Origin: the human T2T-CHM13v2.0 reference genome, Homo sapiens | Length of the DNA stretch: 64,000 nucleotides | Direction: 5' to 3' (one strand) | Assembly (NCBI RefSeq): GCF_009914755.1 | Contig: NC_060940.1 | Part shown: positions 46,294 through 61,393 of the stretch, piece after piece | Position numbering within the stretch: position 1 is the stretch's first letter | Layout of the letters: each line of letters opens with the position of its first letter | Program-made: the position numbers and the translations under genes | Notes under the pieces: generated by a model | What the model was told of the DNA's origin: nothing | Databases searched by the model: none | Seen by the model: only the letters and a program-made list of their open reading frames with translations

Positions 46294-46808
46294 TTTTTAT
46301 TGTACTTTAAGTTCTGGGGTACATGTGCAGAATATGCAGGTTTGTTACATTGGTATGCATGTGCCATGGTGGTTTGCTGCACCTATCAACCCGTCATCTA
46401 CATTAGGTATTTCTCCCAATGCTGTCCCCCCGCTAGCCTCCCACCCTCCGACAGGCCCCAGTGTGTGATGTTCCCCTCTCTGTGTCCATTTGTTCTCATT
46501 GTTCAACTCCCGCTTATGAATGAAAACATGCAGTGTTTGGTTTTCTGTTCTTCTGTTAGTTTGCTGAGAATGATGGTTTCCAGCTTTATCCATGTCCCTG
46601 CAAGGGACATGAACTCATCCTTTTTTGTGGCTGTATGGTATTCCGTGGTGTATATGTGCCACATTTTCTTTATCCAGTCCATCATTGATGGGCATTTGGG
46701 TTGGTTGCTATTGTGAACAGTGCCACAATTAGTTCAACCATTGAGGAAGTCAGTGTGGCTATTCCTCAAGGATCTAGAGTCAGCAACACCATTTGACCCA
46801 GCAATCCC
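46294..46808 (-). mobile_element. Older primate L1PA 3' end with short 5' inversion (46730-46808 on +)
   Basis: L1 3'UTR and ORF2 end on minus (ORF 46503..46685), then forward TAGTTCAACCATTG...GACCCAGCAATCCC; TSD ATGAGATAACTCTT 46280-46293 / 46809-46822. Confidence 0.9.
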
Positions 46809-47806
46809 ATGAGATAACTCTTATCAACAAGCTGTCGTGTATTTCCATATGTTGTAAATGGATGTCTATGCTTCTTTCTGTGTCACCCTCCTAGAAAAGA
46901 CTCAGACACTTCTCACTGCCCCCTCCCCAAACCCAAACCTACTGATCTTTTCTTATAATAGTCCTCCAGTTACCCACATAATCCAGTGGTAGCAATGCCT
47001 CTGAATGATTTAGTTTGAGTGCTTAGTCTACTTTTATAAGCAGAATTAAAACCTGATGTTTAATGGTGCCACTGTGTAACCATAACCATTTCCAGAGATT
47101 TCAGTGTAAAAGGTTGACTAGCCTTAATTGATTATCAAAAGGTGTAAAGATGACATTAGTACATATGGTACATCTACAAAATGGAATACCAAGCAGTTAG
47201 AGTGAAAATGAGGACGTGTTCTATGTGTTAATATATGAAAAGAGTTCCATGATATACAATTATTAACTAGAAAAAGGTGCTGAGAGTAACTTTTGTGTAG
47301 AAATGTAAGAAAATAATATATATTTGCATTTGCTGTTGTAGGCATGAGGAAATGCTAGAGCAAGGCATAAATAATCATAGCAGTGATTGGTTGTTAGATG
47401 GAGGGGAACTGTGGGGATGAAGGCCCCAAATGGGAATGACATGTCACCAAAAACTTTTTCATAATTGTTAAATTTTTGAGCCTTATGAATGAATTATCTG
47501 TTGAAAAAATTAAATTAGAAAAAAAGAGCAAGGAAAAGAAACACTATTAGGGCACATTCACATTAAGTTTTCTCTGTGTGCCCTTTGAAAGTTGTATTAC
47601 ACTGTTTTATTTATAGCCCCCAGCTGCAAATATCCTGGCTTTACTACTTTGACCTGATTTGAGTAATTTAAAAACTAGAATCTAGACAGATAGACATGCA
47701 GTGTCTTAATTACCGTAGTTTTAAATTTTTAGCATGATGAGTTGCAATATTAATATAGTTAGTGCCCAGCTTATAGAGAAGTTATGCTATAGAAGTTCCT
47801 CTTCCA

Positions 47807-48131
47807 CCGTACACTTAAAAATGGTTAAGATGTTAAATTTAGGTTATGTGGGGTTTTCTTTACAATGAAAAAATCTTAGAAAAATACAATCTGACTTTAT
47901 AGAAATGAAAATTTTGAATGAGAATATTTCTAACTACAGGGTTTTGGTCCTAAACCATATTGTTACTCTGACATGTACACTCTTTTATAGTGTATATAAA
48001 TGTGTACATTTTACTGATTATTTTCTTTTGTTAAAAGTATCCTTGTTTATATTTGCAAACATTTGTTGGGTATGCTCAAGGGAAGATTTGTGTATTGCTA
48101 ATAAATGTAACCAGCAATACTAAAAAAAAAA
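47807..48131 (+). pseudogene. Short 5'-truncated retroposed 3'-end fragment of unknown source
   Basis: AATAAA 48100-48105, A10 tail 48122-48131, near-perfect TSD AAGTTCCTCYTCCA 47793-47806 / 48130-48143; starts with an L1M-type 3' end relic. Confidence 0.65.
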
Positions 48132-49179
48132 GTTCCTCCTCCAAACCGTCAAATGAATAACAATTGCTTTTCTTTTAGTGCAAGGTGGTTCCTACATCCT
48201 AAGTGAGAAAAGTAAGCATGAGGGGCCCCTGTAGTTTCACAGACCACTCATACACATTCTAAAAGCTAAATAACCCTTCCAAAGGCATGGCATGAGGTGA
48301 TCCAAGACTCGTGCCAAGTGTCTCATACAGGCAGTGCCAGCTATTCCTAGTAGGGACAAAAGATATTTGGATACCCTGGTGTTTGGGGGAGTTTGGGAGG
48401 AGACTAGGTTAAAAGAGCGAGTCAGGATCTGGATAGATAAAGGAATGGAGAGAGCAGTCCAAACGTAAAGGGACAGTGGACAGAAACATAAGATGGACAT
48501 GAGTGAACTGTTTTTTAGTGGAGTACTCTAAAACAGATGGGAGACCAACAGGGAACAGCAGGTAGTCCCTGAGCTGTAAAAGTCCTCGAGAAGTTTGGGC
48601 TTTATTTGGGAAACATTAGTTTTGGGGTAGAGGTAATATCCTAAATATTGCATAACTATATCTGTTTACTAACTCTTCTCTGTCTCTTTTCTTCATGCAT
48701 TCAAGAAATATTTTTTGACCACCTCCTTTGTGCAAATCATTGATACAAGAAAATGAACCTGACCATAAATCGCAGACAATGGGCAAAGGCAAGTGTGGAG
48801 CAGAAAGCTGAAGAAGCCTATTGCAGTGACCCAGGGTTGTGGTTGTGTTGCTGGCATTGATAGATGGCTAATTTTTTTTGGACACTTACTATAGGCCAGT
48901 GTTAAATGCTTATATATTATGTATTATTCTCATAACCCTAGGAAATAGTTATTTTTATTATTCTCAATTTATAGATGAGGAAACTGCAGCTTATTGAGGT
49001 TAAGTGACATAGTGAGTCACACAGCAAATAATAGTATAAATATCATTGTGTAACAGATCAAAGTTTGCAAATATTTTACATGCCCTCTTTTGTTTGATCC
49101 TCTCCTTTTGTGGTAGGCACTGTAAATATTTTTCCCATTTTACAGACAAGCAAAGAATTGAGAAACTTGCATGGGCAGT

Positions 49180-51075
49180 CATTCATCAAATAGTAAGGAT
49201 GCCTACTATGTTCCATGTGTGGGGAGGTGGCAGTAGACCAGCTAGATCAAGTTCCCTGCCCTCAGGGAGGTACTTTCTGAAGGGAATGAATAACAATAAA
49301 TGATATAATTTCTGTATCGGACAGGTACTATGAGGCAGACAAAATAAGGTAAAGTGGTAGACTGGGGTTGGAGATGCCTGAGGAGAACAACTTTGGCCAT
49401 GGTGGAGAGAGGAGGCCTATGTGGCAGGGATGATGGTTGAGACCTGTATGACCAGAGAGCATTCATTCTGCAACCTGGAGGAGAAAACACACCAGACAGC
49501 TGTAACCAGTGCACTTGATGGGAATATAGTTGGTATGTTCAAGGGACAGAGAGGACCCAGGGTGGCTAAAACATGGTGAAGAAGAGAAGGGAGAATAAGA
49601 AAGCAGAGGCAAGCATGCCAGAGCTAGATCATGGAGGGCCTCTTGGGCCTGATAAGCAGTTTTGTTATCATTTTACAGGAAGTTACTGGAGAGTTTTAGG
49701 CAGGGTGTTCATAAGCATGTGCATGTGTGGGTGGGGTGGAGTAGTAGTGAGATGATCTGATTTACACTTTTTAATTACTGTTTTCAGGATGGACTGCTGT
49801 GAATGGGTGGGATGGGGTTTAAGACTGAGGTAAGTAGACCAGTTACTTAACCAAGTAAAAGATCATGGTTACTTTAAGTAGAGTAGTATTAGCAGTGGAG
49901 AAGGAGAGAAGTGGTGTGTTTGAGACATATTTTGGAGGTAGAGCCAATACGAGTTCTTCGTGAATTAGCAGCACGTCACAGAGGCATACAGTATACTATA
50001 ATGGATAAGTAGATTGGATTGCGCATGTTTGAATCTCCATGTTGCCACTTAATAGCTTTATGTATTAGCTGTATGATGTTGGATAAGTTTTTTAACCACT
50101 CTTTGCCTCAGTTTTCTCATCAGTAGATGAGAATAATTATAGTAACCTACCTAATAGGGGTGTTTAAGAGTATATAATTTAATATAGCCACCTGATTCTC
50201 AATAAGTGTTCTCAGTTTTTGTCACTGTTTTGTTTTGGTTTTTTAGCTGTTTTTGGTTATGGGGTTTGAAGGAAAAAGGAATTTAGGATGACTTACACAT
50301 TTTTTGGCCAGAGCAAATGAGCTCATAATATGGGGTCTTATAGAGATAAGGAATGCTTTGGGAGTCAGTAGATTTAAGGATGGAGATCAGGTCAGTTTTG
50401 TCCACAGTAATCTAAGGCACCTATCAGATGAGCAGGATCATTGCTGGAGGAAGTGACAAGATAGGACTTGTAGGTAGATCTTTCAATCTAAAGTCTGCCT
50501 GCTTTCTGCTCTTTGAGAGGCAGGATAAGTGAGTGACTATGAGCACAGAATCTGCAGTCAGACTGCCTGGGTCTGAATTCTAGCTCCGCTAGGTCTGTGT
50601 CCTTGGATAAATTGCTTAAACTTTCTGTGCCTCATTTTTAAACCTGTAAAATGGGATAATAGTTTGATAAAGCACTTAAGCAGTTCCTGGCATGTGGAGT
50701 ATAGTTATATAAAGTGTTCGCTGTTGTTGCTACTTTTAAATCCTGAATATTGCTATAGAAATGCAAAGAAAACAACATTCAAGATACTGTGTGAAGGAAG
50801 GACTAACAGGATTCTGGTGACTAATTGCATATGGAGGTTATGTAAAAGGCATCAAAGATGATTCTGAGGTTCTGAGCTAGAGTGACCCATTAATTGAGGG
50901 TTAAAGGATAAGAACCTGTTTGGGATGGAGGTGGGGTTGATGATGAGGAGTTGAGTTTTCAATCTATTAACTTTGGAAATAGCCAAGAGAAAATGTCCAG
51001 AAAACAGTTTAAAATGTGGGAACTAGAACTTAAGAGAAAGGTCAAGACCAGAAATATAAACATGGAAGCATCTGC
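49180..51075 (-). mobile_element. L2 relic with nested MIRs
   Basis: CATTCATCAAATA start, purine-rich body; MIR cores near 50030-50200 and 50540-50720. Confidence 0.55.
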
Positions 51076-51078
51076 TTA

Positions 51079-52350
51079 TAATAGCAGTGGCAACCTGTCT
51101 AGGGCAGCCACTGTGGGGACACCAGCTGCAGCAGGGGAAGTGTGGCCAGGGCTGCACACTTCATGGAGCCAGAGGGGGCCAGGAGGAGGCAGGAGCCCCA
51201 CTCCCTACTGAGTTGGTGGGGCAGGGGCCCCATGCTCTCAGGTGCAGCTGCAGCTGCCCAGCCGCAGCTCCAGACCCAGGCATCACTGCACTCTTGGGGG
51301 CCTGGGAAGCCCCCGGTCCCCACAGGTTCAGAAGTGCCTGCTCCCATTCCCCACTCCCAGCACCTGCAGCAGTACGGAACAAAGTTGTGACTGAGCCTGG
51401 GTGCTGATGCAACACAGCTGGGTGTGCGCACGCTCAGGGCAGTGTTGACATGCCATCCCCCTGCTGCCTCAGCCCCCTCTGGGCTTTGAGCGCCGATGAG
51501 CACAGGAGGGAGGCCGGTGGGGCTAAGGGCAGCTTGTTGTGGGCCTGCAGGTATCCCTTGGCACAAACAGCCTGGGCACCATGGACAGCATGTTGATGAT
51601 GGCAGGAGGAAAACAGGCTCCTGGGCGGGTCCCTGGTGAAACCCTGCCTTCAAACCAGGGATGACCTGAAGCCTGGGGGCCGGGCTGCCACCCCTGGGTG
51701 GAGTCTGCAGCCCAGAGTGAGAAACTGTGCTTTTTCCGGGCCCACCCATGGCCGCCCATGGACCGATCAGCATGCGCTTCCTCCCTTCTGAGCCCATAAA
51801 AACCACCAGACTCAGCCAGACTTGGACAGATGTAGGGACTACCAGCTGCAGGAAAGAGTTACCCACTTCAGGTCTTCAGGTCTCCTTGACTCATTGGGAT
51901 GAGCTGCCTGCAGAAAGGAGCTCCCACTGCGGGTCTCCTCTCAGCTGAGAGCTGGACACTCATCGGAATGGCCTGCCTGCAAAAAGTAGCTACCCACTTT
52001 GGGTCTCCTGGGAGCTATTATGTCACTCAATAAAGCTCCTCTCCGCCTTGCTCACCCTCCAGTTGTCTGTGTACCTCACTCTTCTGGACATGGGACAAGA
52101 ACTTGGGACTCACCAAATGGCAGGACTGAAAGAGCTGTAACACAAACAAGGCTGAAACACGCACCCCCCACCCAACACCTGGCTCACCCTCGGCAAGTGT
52201 GGGATCCAGGCTGGTAGTGCAAGCTGAGCACAGCCTACAGGCCAAGTGGGTGGAACGAGCCCAGTAGGTGTGGGCAATATTCAGGTAAAAGGCTCCACCA
52301 GCCACAGAGGTTTCTGGCTGGCAAAGCAACACCCCAAGGATCCCATGACA
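51079..52350 (+). mobile_element. MER52-family ERV1 solo LTR
   Basis: GC-rich 1.27 kb, ends GGATCCCATGACA, 4-bp TSD CTTA (51075-51078 / 52351-52354), AATAAA 52029-52034. Confidence 0.85.
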
Positions 52351-52570
52351 CTTAGAGATAATAGCTTAAAGCTACTAGAGTGGATGAGATTTGAGAAAGA
52401 GAGAATGAATAGAATGAATATGTGACCATAGACTTGTGTTAGGATTATGTATCTCCAAAGACAGGGCAGGATAGATTGTAGAGGGCAGAAGTACAGAGGC
52501 AAGAAAGGTAAGGACATAGTTATAGTCTTATATTTGAGAAATGAAAGGAAAAAAATGGGTAGTAGCTAAG

Positions 52571-52948
52571 TGTCTTAGTTTGTTCAGGTTGCTATAACAA
52601 AATACCATAAACTGGGTGGCATATCAACATCAGAAATTTATTTCTCGCAGTTCTAAAAGCTGGGTGATCCAAGATCAAGGTGCTGGTAGATTGAGTGTCT
52701 GGTGTGGGCCTTCTCTCTGGTTCATAAATGGTGCCTTCTCCCTGTGTCCTCACATGATGGAAAGGGTGCAGGGCCTCTTTTATAAGGATACCAATCCTGC
52801 TCATGAGGGTTCCGCCCTCATGACCTAATTACCTCCCAAAGCACCCCTCCCCATTCCCCAGCCCCTTATCCCCTGCCAATACCATCACCTTGGGGGCTAA
52901 AATTTCAACCTGAATTTCAGGAGGAACATGCACATTCAGACCATAGCA
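52571..52948 (-). mobile_element. MLT1A-like MaLR LTR
   Basis: TGTCTTAGTTTGTTCAGGTTGCTATAACAAAATACCATA...CAGACCATAGCA. Confidence 0.82.
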
Positions 52949-53800
52949 TTAAAGAAGGTGTTAAGTCACCTGAGGATGTCTTTAAAAAGATGTTCAGAAT
53001 CATTTGGGGAAGAACTAGCCATATAAAAAAATAGGATGACAGATAATCCAAATGTCTTAGAATGGTGGAAGCCAATGGGATCTAGGGCAACATAGGCATT
53101 ATAGCAAATCTAGACAAGGAAGAGGGGAGCCGCTGTCCAAGGATTGGTGTGAAGATAGCAATAAGCAAATGTGCAACTACAGCAAAAATTAACATCCTTT
53201 ATTGAGTGTTTTTGTGTGAAATACTGTGCTTAGCACTTTGTTCTCTCCCTAAGTCTTCAGTAGTTCTCTGAGATAGGGACAATTATTATATTCTCTGCAG
53301 AAATGAAAAATTGGAAACCACTTAAATATCCATCAACATAAACATTTTAAAAATAAAGTATGGTATATCCACAGTATATCATGTCCTTCAGTCACTTTTT
53401 TTAAATGAGGTAGATCTGCCAAAGAAAGATACCAGTAAAATACTTTTACGTGATAATAAACACACATGTGAAAACTTATCTGTTATCCATCTCTCCTAGT
53501 AGACTGAACTCCTCAAGGAGGGACATTGTGTCATATTCGTATTCTAACATGGAGTCTTGTGGATTAGTGTCCACTTGATCAGATGAATGAGCAACAAATG
53601 CCTGTAAAATGGAGATTACTGGTACCACACAGGGCTTGAGTATGTGTATATACGTGTGTGTGTGTGTTTGTCTGTAACCTATAAGCAGAAATTATTACAA
53701 TATTGTTAGGAAAAATGCCATTCAGAAAAGAAGGTATTAGTTACTATTAGGAAATTAACAGAGAGACTTAATGGGTTTTGGACAACAATGGTGGTGGTTT

Positions 53801-54112
53801 GCTGGATGCAGTGGCTCACACCTGTAATCTCAACACTTTGGGAGGCCAGTGTGGGCAGATCGCTTGAGCCCAGGAGTTCAAGACCAGTCTTGGCAACATG
53901 GTGAAACCTGTCTTTACAAAAAATATAAAAATTAGCCAGGTGTGGTGGTGTGCACCTGTAGTCCCAGCTACTTGGGAGGCTGAGGTGGGAGGATCACCTG
54001 AGCCCAGGATGTCTAGGCTGCAGTGAGCCGTGATCACTCCACCACTCCACTACACTCCAGCCTGGGCAATAGAGTGAAAACCTGTCTGAAACAAACAAAC
54101 AAACAAACAAAT
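53801..54112 (+). mobile_element. AluJ-like, (AAAC)n tail
   Basis: TSD CAATGGTGGTGGTTTG 53786-53801 / 54113-54128. Confidence 0.93.
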
Positions 54113-55841
54113 CAATGGTGGTGGTTTGAAGAAAATGGTAAAAACAGAACAGATAGTTTCAACTTTGGCAGTGAAAGGAAGAGAGTTTTACGAGTGGGGC
54201 TGCCCGTGCTGAATTCTTTCTCTCAATGGTGAATGGGGCAAAAGGTCCCACTTGGGCTGGAGTTGTAAGTCCAAGCTCGTTGTGGTAGATGGTTTGTGAA
54301 CCAGACTATTTGAAATGCTTAGTTTTTACAACAAAAGAGCTCTTCAGCCATCTGATAGTCCCCTAACTAGATGCTCAGTATGATTCAACATGTATAGAGG
54401 CCATTTTAGATCTGAGTACTCTGTCATACAAGTGGAAACAATATCCTAAACAGGCCTATGATTCAAAAAGAAGATTCCAGTTTGCCAATTACAATCTATA
54501 AACTGCCTTATTTATTGTTATTGAAATATCATCTGTATTCTGTATGTTTTCATTTGCTTTTTATTTAAGAATCCCACAACTGTCCTGAAGATTGTACATA
54601 ATGGCCTATTCTAAGGTTACTCATCCTTTTAAAGCAGTAAATACTAGATCTCATCCAAGAGAAATAGGGCTTAATTTTTTCATTTGTTAGAAATCTTGAT
54701 GAGGCTTTGAAAACAAGTTTTTTCTCACCCTTTTGGAAAACATTTAATTGTGAGGTCTTTATCAAGTAAAAACAGAATTTATAACATTTTAAATGGGTAT
54801 TTGTTTTTGTTGGATTGTTAAATCACATTTTCTCTTACACATTCATTTAAATCACATGAAAGTCTGCGTGAAATGGCACTTTGACGATGATTCTGGGAAC
54901 CATCCCTTTGATTGTATGGTATTTACTGCTGATATATGTATGCTGGTGTTTCTTGCCTTCCATCATACATAAATTTCAGTGTTATATTGAATACCATAGA
55001 GAGGAACTGATTGATGATAAATCAAATATTTTACAGCATATTATTGGGACTGTTGGATCCATTACTATAAAAGAGTTATGTTTGATCAGTATTTTCAGAG
55101 CTCCCTAATACTGTAATTTATTGGTGCTTCTTAATGTTCTCTGTTAATTATATACAGGTTTCAAAATTGGGTTCAATTTAACAATGTATAATACATGTTA
55201 TAGCGAATCTTTATCACACAAAAAATGAGTAGCAAATATCCAACACTGTCTTTGATTAGAACTATTAAGTCCAACAGCTTGCATTTAATGAATATAATGT
55301 AATTACATAGTCAACTGGGTAGTTCATGCTCTATTATAAGAATTATATATTAGAATAAAGTTATTTTGATGTATAAGGTGCCAAAGGAAAACTGGTTAAC
55401 AAGAAAGGGAATAACCTTATATGTGGTTAAGATGTCAAATGAACAATTTTAACTATCATTTTTTTTTTACAGAGAACACATAAATTGGGTTTTTATTTTT
55501 AGTTCCTCCTCTTCCCTTTAGAGTTAAATGATGGAAAATGACTCTCGGTCCCCAAACTGCTCTTATGCATCATTCAAAATAGCCCTGACAGGCTAGCCCC
55601 TGTGGTAGTGATGAGGTTTATGGCTTTCCATTCCTTTGTGTTCCATTACTCTGTCTATATCATCAAATTGATTAGTAGGCAGTGGCGAGCAAGGAAAGAA
55701 AGGTGGCCGCTGAGAGCCAGCTGGTGTCCATCATTTTAATGAACTGCTTAGAGATGGTTAATATTGTCCTTGTTTCTCATTGTAGCTGATGATGACCAGA
55801 TCTTTTAAAATGTTTTCCCCCTCCCTTATTCTGCATTACAG

Positions 55842-55897
55842 GGCCCACTGGAAAATGACTTGGTAGTTCATGTGGCACTTATAGCAGAAAGCCAAAG
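55842..55897 (+). CDS. PHKB: PHKB coding exon (~exon 15), 56 nt, phase 0-2
   Basis: ttacag acceptor, GTATGA donor; GPLENDLVVHVALIAESQ(R). Confidence 0.96.
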
Positions 55898-56405
55898 GTA
55901 TGAAATCCAAGTGGGTGGTGTGTTTTTTTGTGGGGAGGGGAGGGGAGGGGAAATGATTGCTTTATGTTTACAATATTGATTATGGTAGAAGAGATTAACT
56001 TCAGAAACTCCTTTACAGGCTTTCAAGGATATCATTAATATCACTTTAAATGACCAGCATATTCTTTTCGTGTTTAAAAATAATTTTGTTTTAGTTGAGG
56101 TGAATATTAAAGACTGACCAGTGCCAGTGTTGCCTGGGTTGTAGTTTCGAGAAATTCATGCAAACACATGGGGATTACCAAAATCAGTGCTTTCCCTCCC
56201 TGTCAGCCCCTAATGTTTCCATGTGATGCTTCATGGAGGATCCATATGGGCCTCTGAAATCTAGTGCAGATGGCAAATTGCTAATACTAACAAATTAATA
56301 ATGCCCTCCAAGTTAACATGTTCCCTTTTATCCTCCTCCTTCACTGCTTCCTAAACTGTAAATGCATTGTCTTAAAACGTCTCTTTTTATCCCTATGATC
56401 TTTAG

Positions 56406-56499
56406 ACTTCAAGTTTTTCTGAACACATATGGTATTCAAACTCAAACTCCTCAACAAGTAGAACCCATTCAGATATGGCCTCAGCAGGAGCTTGTGAAA
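56406..56499 (+). CDS. PHKB: PHKB coding exon (~exon 16), 94 nt, phase 2-0
   Basis: ctttag acceptor, GTAAGT donor; [31 protein letters not shown]. Confidence 0.97.
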
Positions 56500-59400
56500 G
56501 TAAGTGATTCTGCCTTTTACTTTCCTTACTTTGTAGAGGTACTAGAGCTTGATGGTTGGACTTAGTTTACAGACAAGTCACACAGTTAAAATCTGATTCT
56601 GATATAGGACCAGTAATCCAAAAGCTTCTAATTAAATTGAGAAGTCCACTTTAATGGACATTGTTACTAAAAAAAAAACTTTGCACTGTGTATATGTGTG
56701 TGTGCATGTGTGTGTACGTTATGTTTATAGGTCTTGTTGATTCCTACTTCTTTCTAAACTCTATTACTAACCTAGGCTGAGCAGTTAAATAACAAGTTAG
56801 TCTTAATTTTAATAGGAATAAAATTATTCTTATATTTTGATTTGATTTTTTTCCTCTTATCAAAATGTATTCTTACATTTTGATTTGGTTTTTTCATCCT
56901 TTTATCTTTGATTTTTTCGCCTTTGATTATCAAAAAATATTTAGGTGTGAGAAGGTTTGTTTAAAAAAAACGTACTCATACCTAAATATTTTTGATATTC
57001 ACTACTTTCCTTTTTTTCTCTTGCCTTACTGTTTGGTGTCTGAAGTAATTTCAACCTCTTTGGTTTGCTGGGTCTCAAAGCAATTATAAAGTAAAAGTAA
57101 CATCTGTATTTATCATTGATGTAGTTCAATACCTATTTGGGATGGAATTAAAAGGTGACATTTGAGGCCTTTTGCACGCACTGCTCTGCAGATGGATCCA
57201 TTATTGCCTATGCTTGTGAATGTTCTTGCTCGTTAGAGACACGACATTGTTGACTCCTACCCACTACTTATTTATACACTGCCATTTTTATTTAGTAATT
57301 GTTAAAAACAACATAAGAACAAACTGCTCAGTGTTTAGTAGAAGTCTTTGTAACAGTGTATCTCAAGTGGACATGATTAAGTTTATTAGGTTAAATATAA
57401 ATGGTTGTAGTCAAAGTCTTGTTGCTATAACAGAAAAATGAAGGCTTAGAGAAGAGAGGTACATGTTACATGGGAAAATGCAGGACTCCAGTATCAGGCC
57501 TGGATCTTGACATTAGGCAACACAAACCAGAACCTGGGTGTCAGGTCACCAAGAGCACCAGCTCTTGGAGAGTCCTTATACCTTCTCCAATAAATTTAAC
57601 CACCACTACCCTGCCAAGAGATAAAGCTGAAAATACAAGGATCCCTAGAGTAGGTAACAATTTAAACTCACGCCCAGATGTACATAATGGTACAAGGCAA
57701 GGAGCGGAGGCAACGTGGAGGGAGAGAGAAGGATGCCAAAATCTAAGGCTCTTATGCTGTGCTCTTAGTATTCAGCTGCAGGCTGTCGGCTGCTAATACA
57801 CTTTTATGCTCTCCTGCTGAAAGCTCTAGAGAACGCCAACAAAGCTTATTCTTTGATAAACATACTCTTAAAACAAATTAACCCAAATCTGTTTTTTCTA
57901 GTCTAATTAATATTAGCAACTTATTTTAATAGTAGGTGAGTTTATATCCTACCAGACAACATGCAGTCAAGATTTAAAAGGCTAACATGGTGAGCAAATG
58001 ACTTGAATGTGGTATTCATTCATTCAGCAACAAACACATGCTATATGCAGAGCACTGTGTAGGACACTCATATGAAATGACTTTGTCCCTGTTCTCAGTG
58101 ACCTCTGGGTTTATTGGTTTGACAGGAAAAAAACAGTGAATTACAGTTCACTTTGATAACTGTTATAATAGATGTTCATACAAAGTGCTTGTGAATCAGA
58201 GGCAGTAGAAGGCATTCTGTTACAGAGCAAGTAAAGACTTACAACAGTTCCTGGCTTATTTTACATCTTGTTTTAAAAATGGTGTTAACAAATGACTTGC
58301 AATTTTGGTGTAGTGTGGCTGAAAAGACAGACTTGTGAGCAAGAGCCAACCTTCCTGTGCATGTGTTGAGATGGAAGATTGTTTTTTGGTTGTAGCTGTA
58401 GCCTCTGTGTTCCTAAGTAGCTGCTCTTTGGATATATACTAAGATATATTGCCTAGTATTCTGCTCCTTATAAGTCTGCCTTTTAAAAGTAAAGGTGTTC
58501 CCTCAAATCTTAGCTGATGCACATATTCTTATGCCAGCGGTTGCTCCCTTTCTTCTGAGAAGCCACTCCCTCCTTCAGCCCACTGAAGAGGATGTGAGGG
58601 CAGACAGCTGAGAGCAGGGCTTTTACACAGCATGTGGTTAATATTCATGATGTGATGACTGTAGTGTGATTTGCTTCATGGGGATCTGAATACAGAATTC
58701 TGCTCTATGTATTTCCGGGTAGTTTCTGCTCTATGTATTTCCGGGTAGTTTGGTCACTACTGTGTCTTTCGGTGCACTAAATGGTATGAATGTGTACAAC
58801 ATGGGGGCAGTGTTATATGCACCCTGGAATGTGGGGAGCACTAAATAAATTGTCACAGACCTGCCATACCATGGTTCAGAAAGTTGAGAATCCTTTTACT
58901 GTAATAAAGAGTAGTATTTAAAGGACGCCCACCTAGATCAACACATTTTACCATACATTTATTTCTGAAAATTTGAAACTATTAATATATGAGGGAAAGG
59001 GGGCTGCATCTAGTGTTATGTGCTATGGTTTCAGTGCAGCTATGCAAAATAATGCTTACAAAGCACTGTTTCTGGCCAGTTGACTTTGTCTAAAACCACT
59101 GCTATTCCAGAATCAATATTCACAGCATGTGTGGCTCAGGAGAACATTCAGTTGCTCCCTCATTCATCTATCAAGTATTTCCTGAGCACCAGCTACATAC
59201 TAGGCACAGTGCCAACTTGGGCTGCTGTTCTACAGGAATGTACAATTCGAAAGGAGAAAGAGATACAAACCCAACTCTCACATAGATGTGTGCACTATGT
59301 CAGTGAACAGAGAGCTCTGGCAACACCACTAATTTTGTATACAATGAAGTTGTTATTTGAAATCGGTCCAAATCACAATCAGTAGATTGTGTAGAGATAG

Positions 59401-59662
59401 TTGGTTTGATTTTCCATTTAGGAAAATATAGGTTAGATGTATTTCTGTCATTAAATGTAAAAATAAATTGCAGACAGATCAAAAATTGAAAACTTTTAAA
59501 ATTATTTAAATATAAAAGCACTAGAATAAAAAAATAAGAGAATATGTTTTAGCTGTTGGGAAGGGAAGTCCATTTTTAGAATGATACCAGTGCCAAAAAG
59601 CCATTGAGGAAATGATTGACAAATACTGTATAACTAAATATAGCAAACAGCCTGGCATATCA

Positions 59663-61393
<1,731 letters not shown>

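Noticed and set aside
51087-52332. Cluster of overlapping ORFs up to 255 aa
   Set aside because: Stop-poor GC-rich MER52 LTR; no recognisable protein.
55608-55789. GTGATGA followed by CTGA motifs, resembling an intronic C/D snoRNA
   Set aside because: Only a weak terminal stem, no recognisable rRNA/snRNA guide, and such short motifs arise by chance; a snoscan/Rfam hit would be needed.
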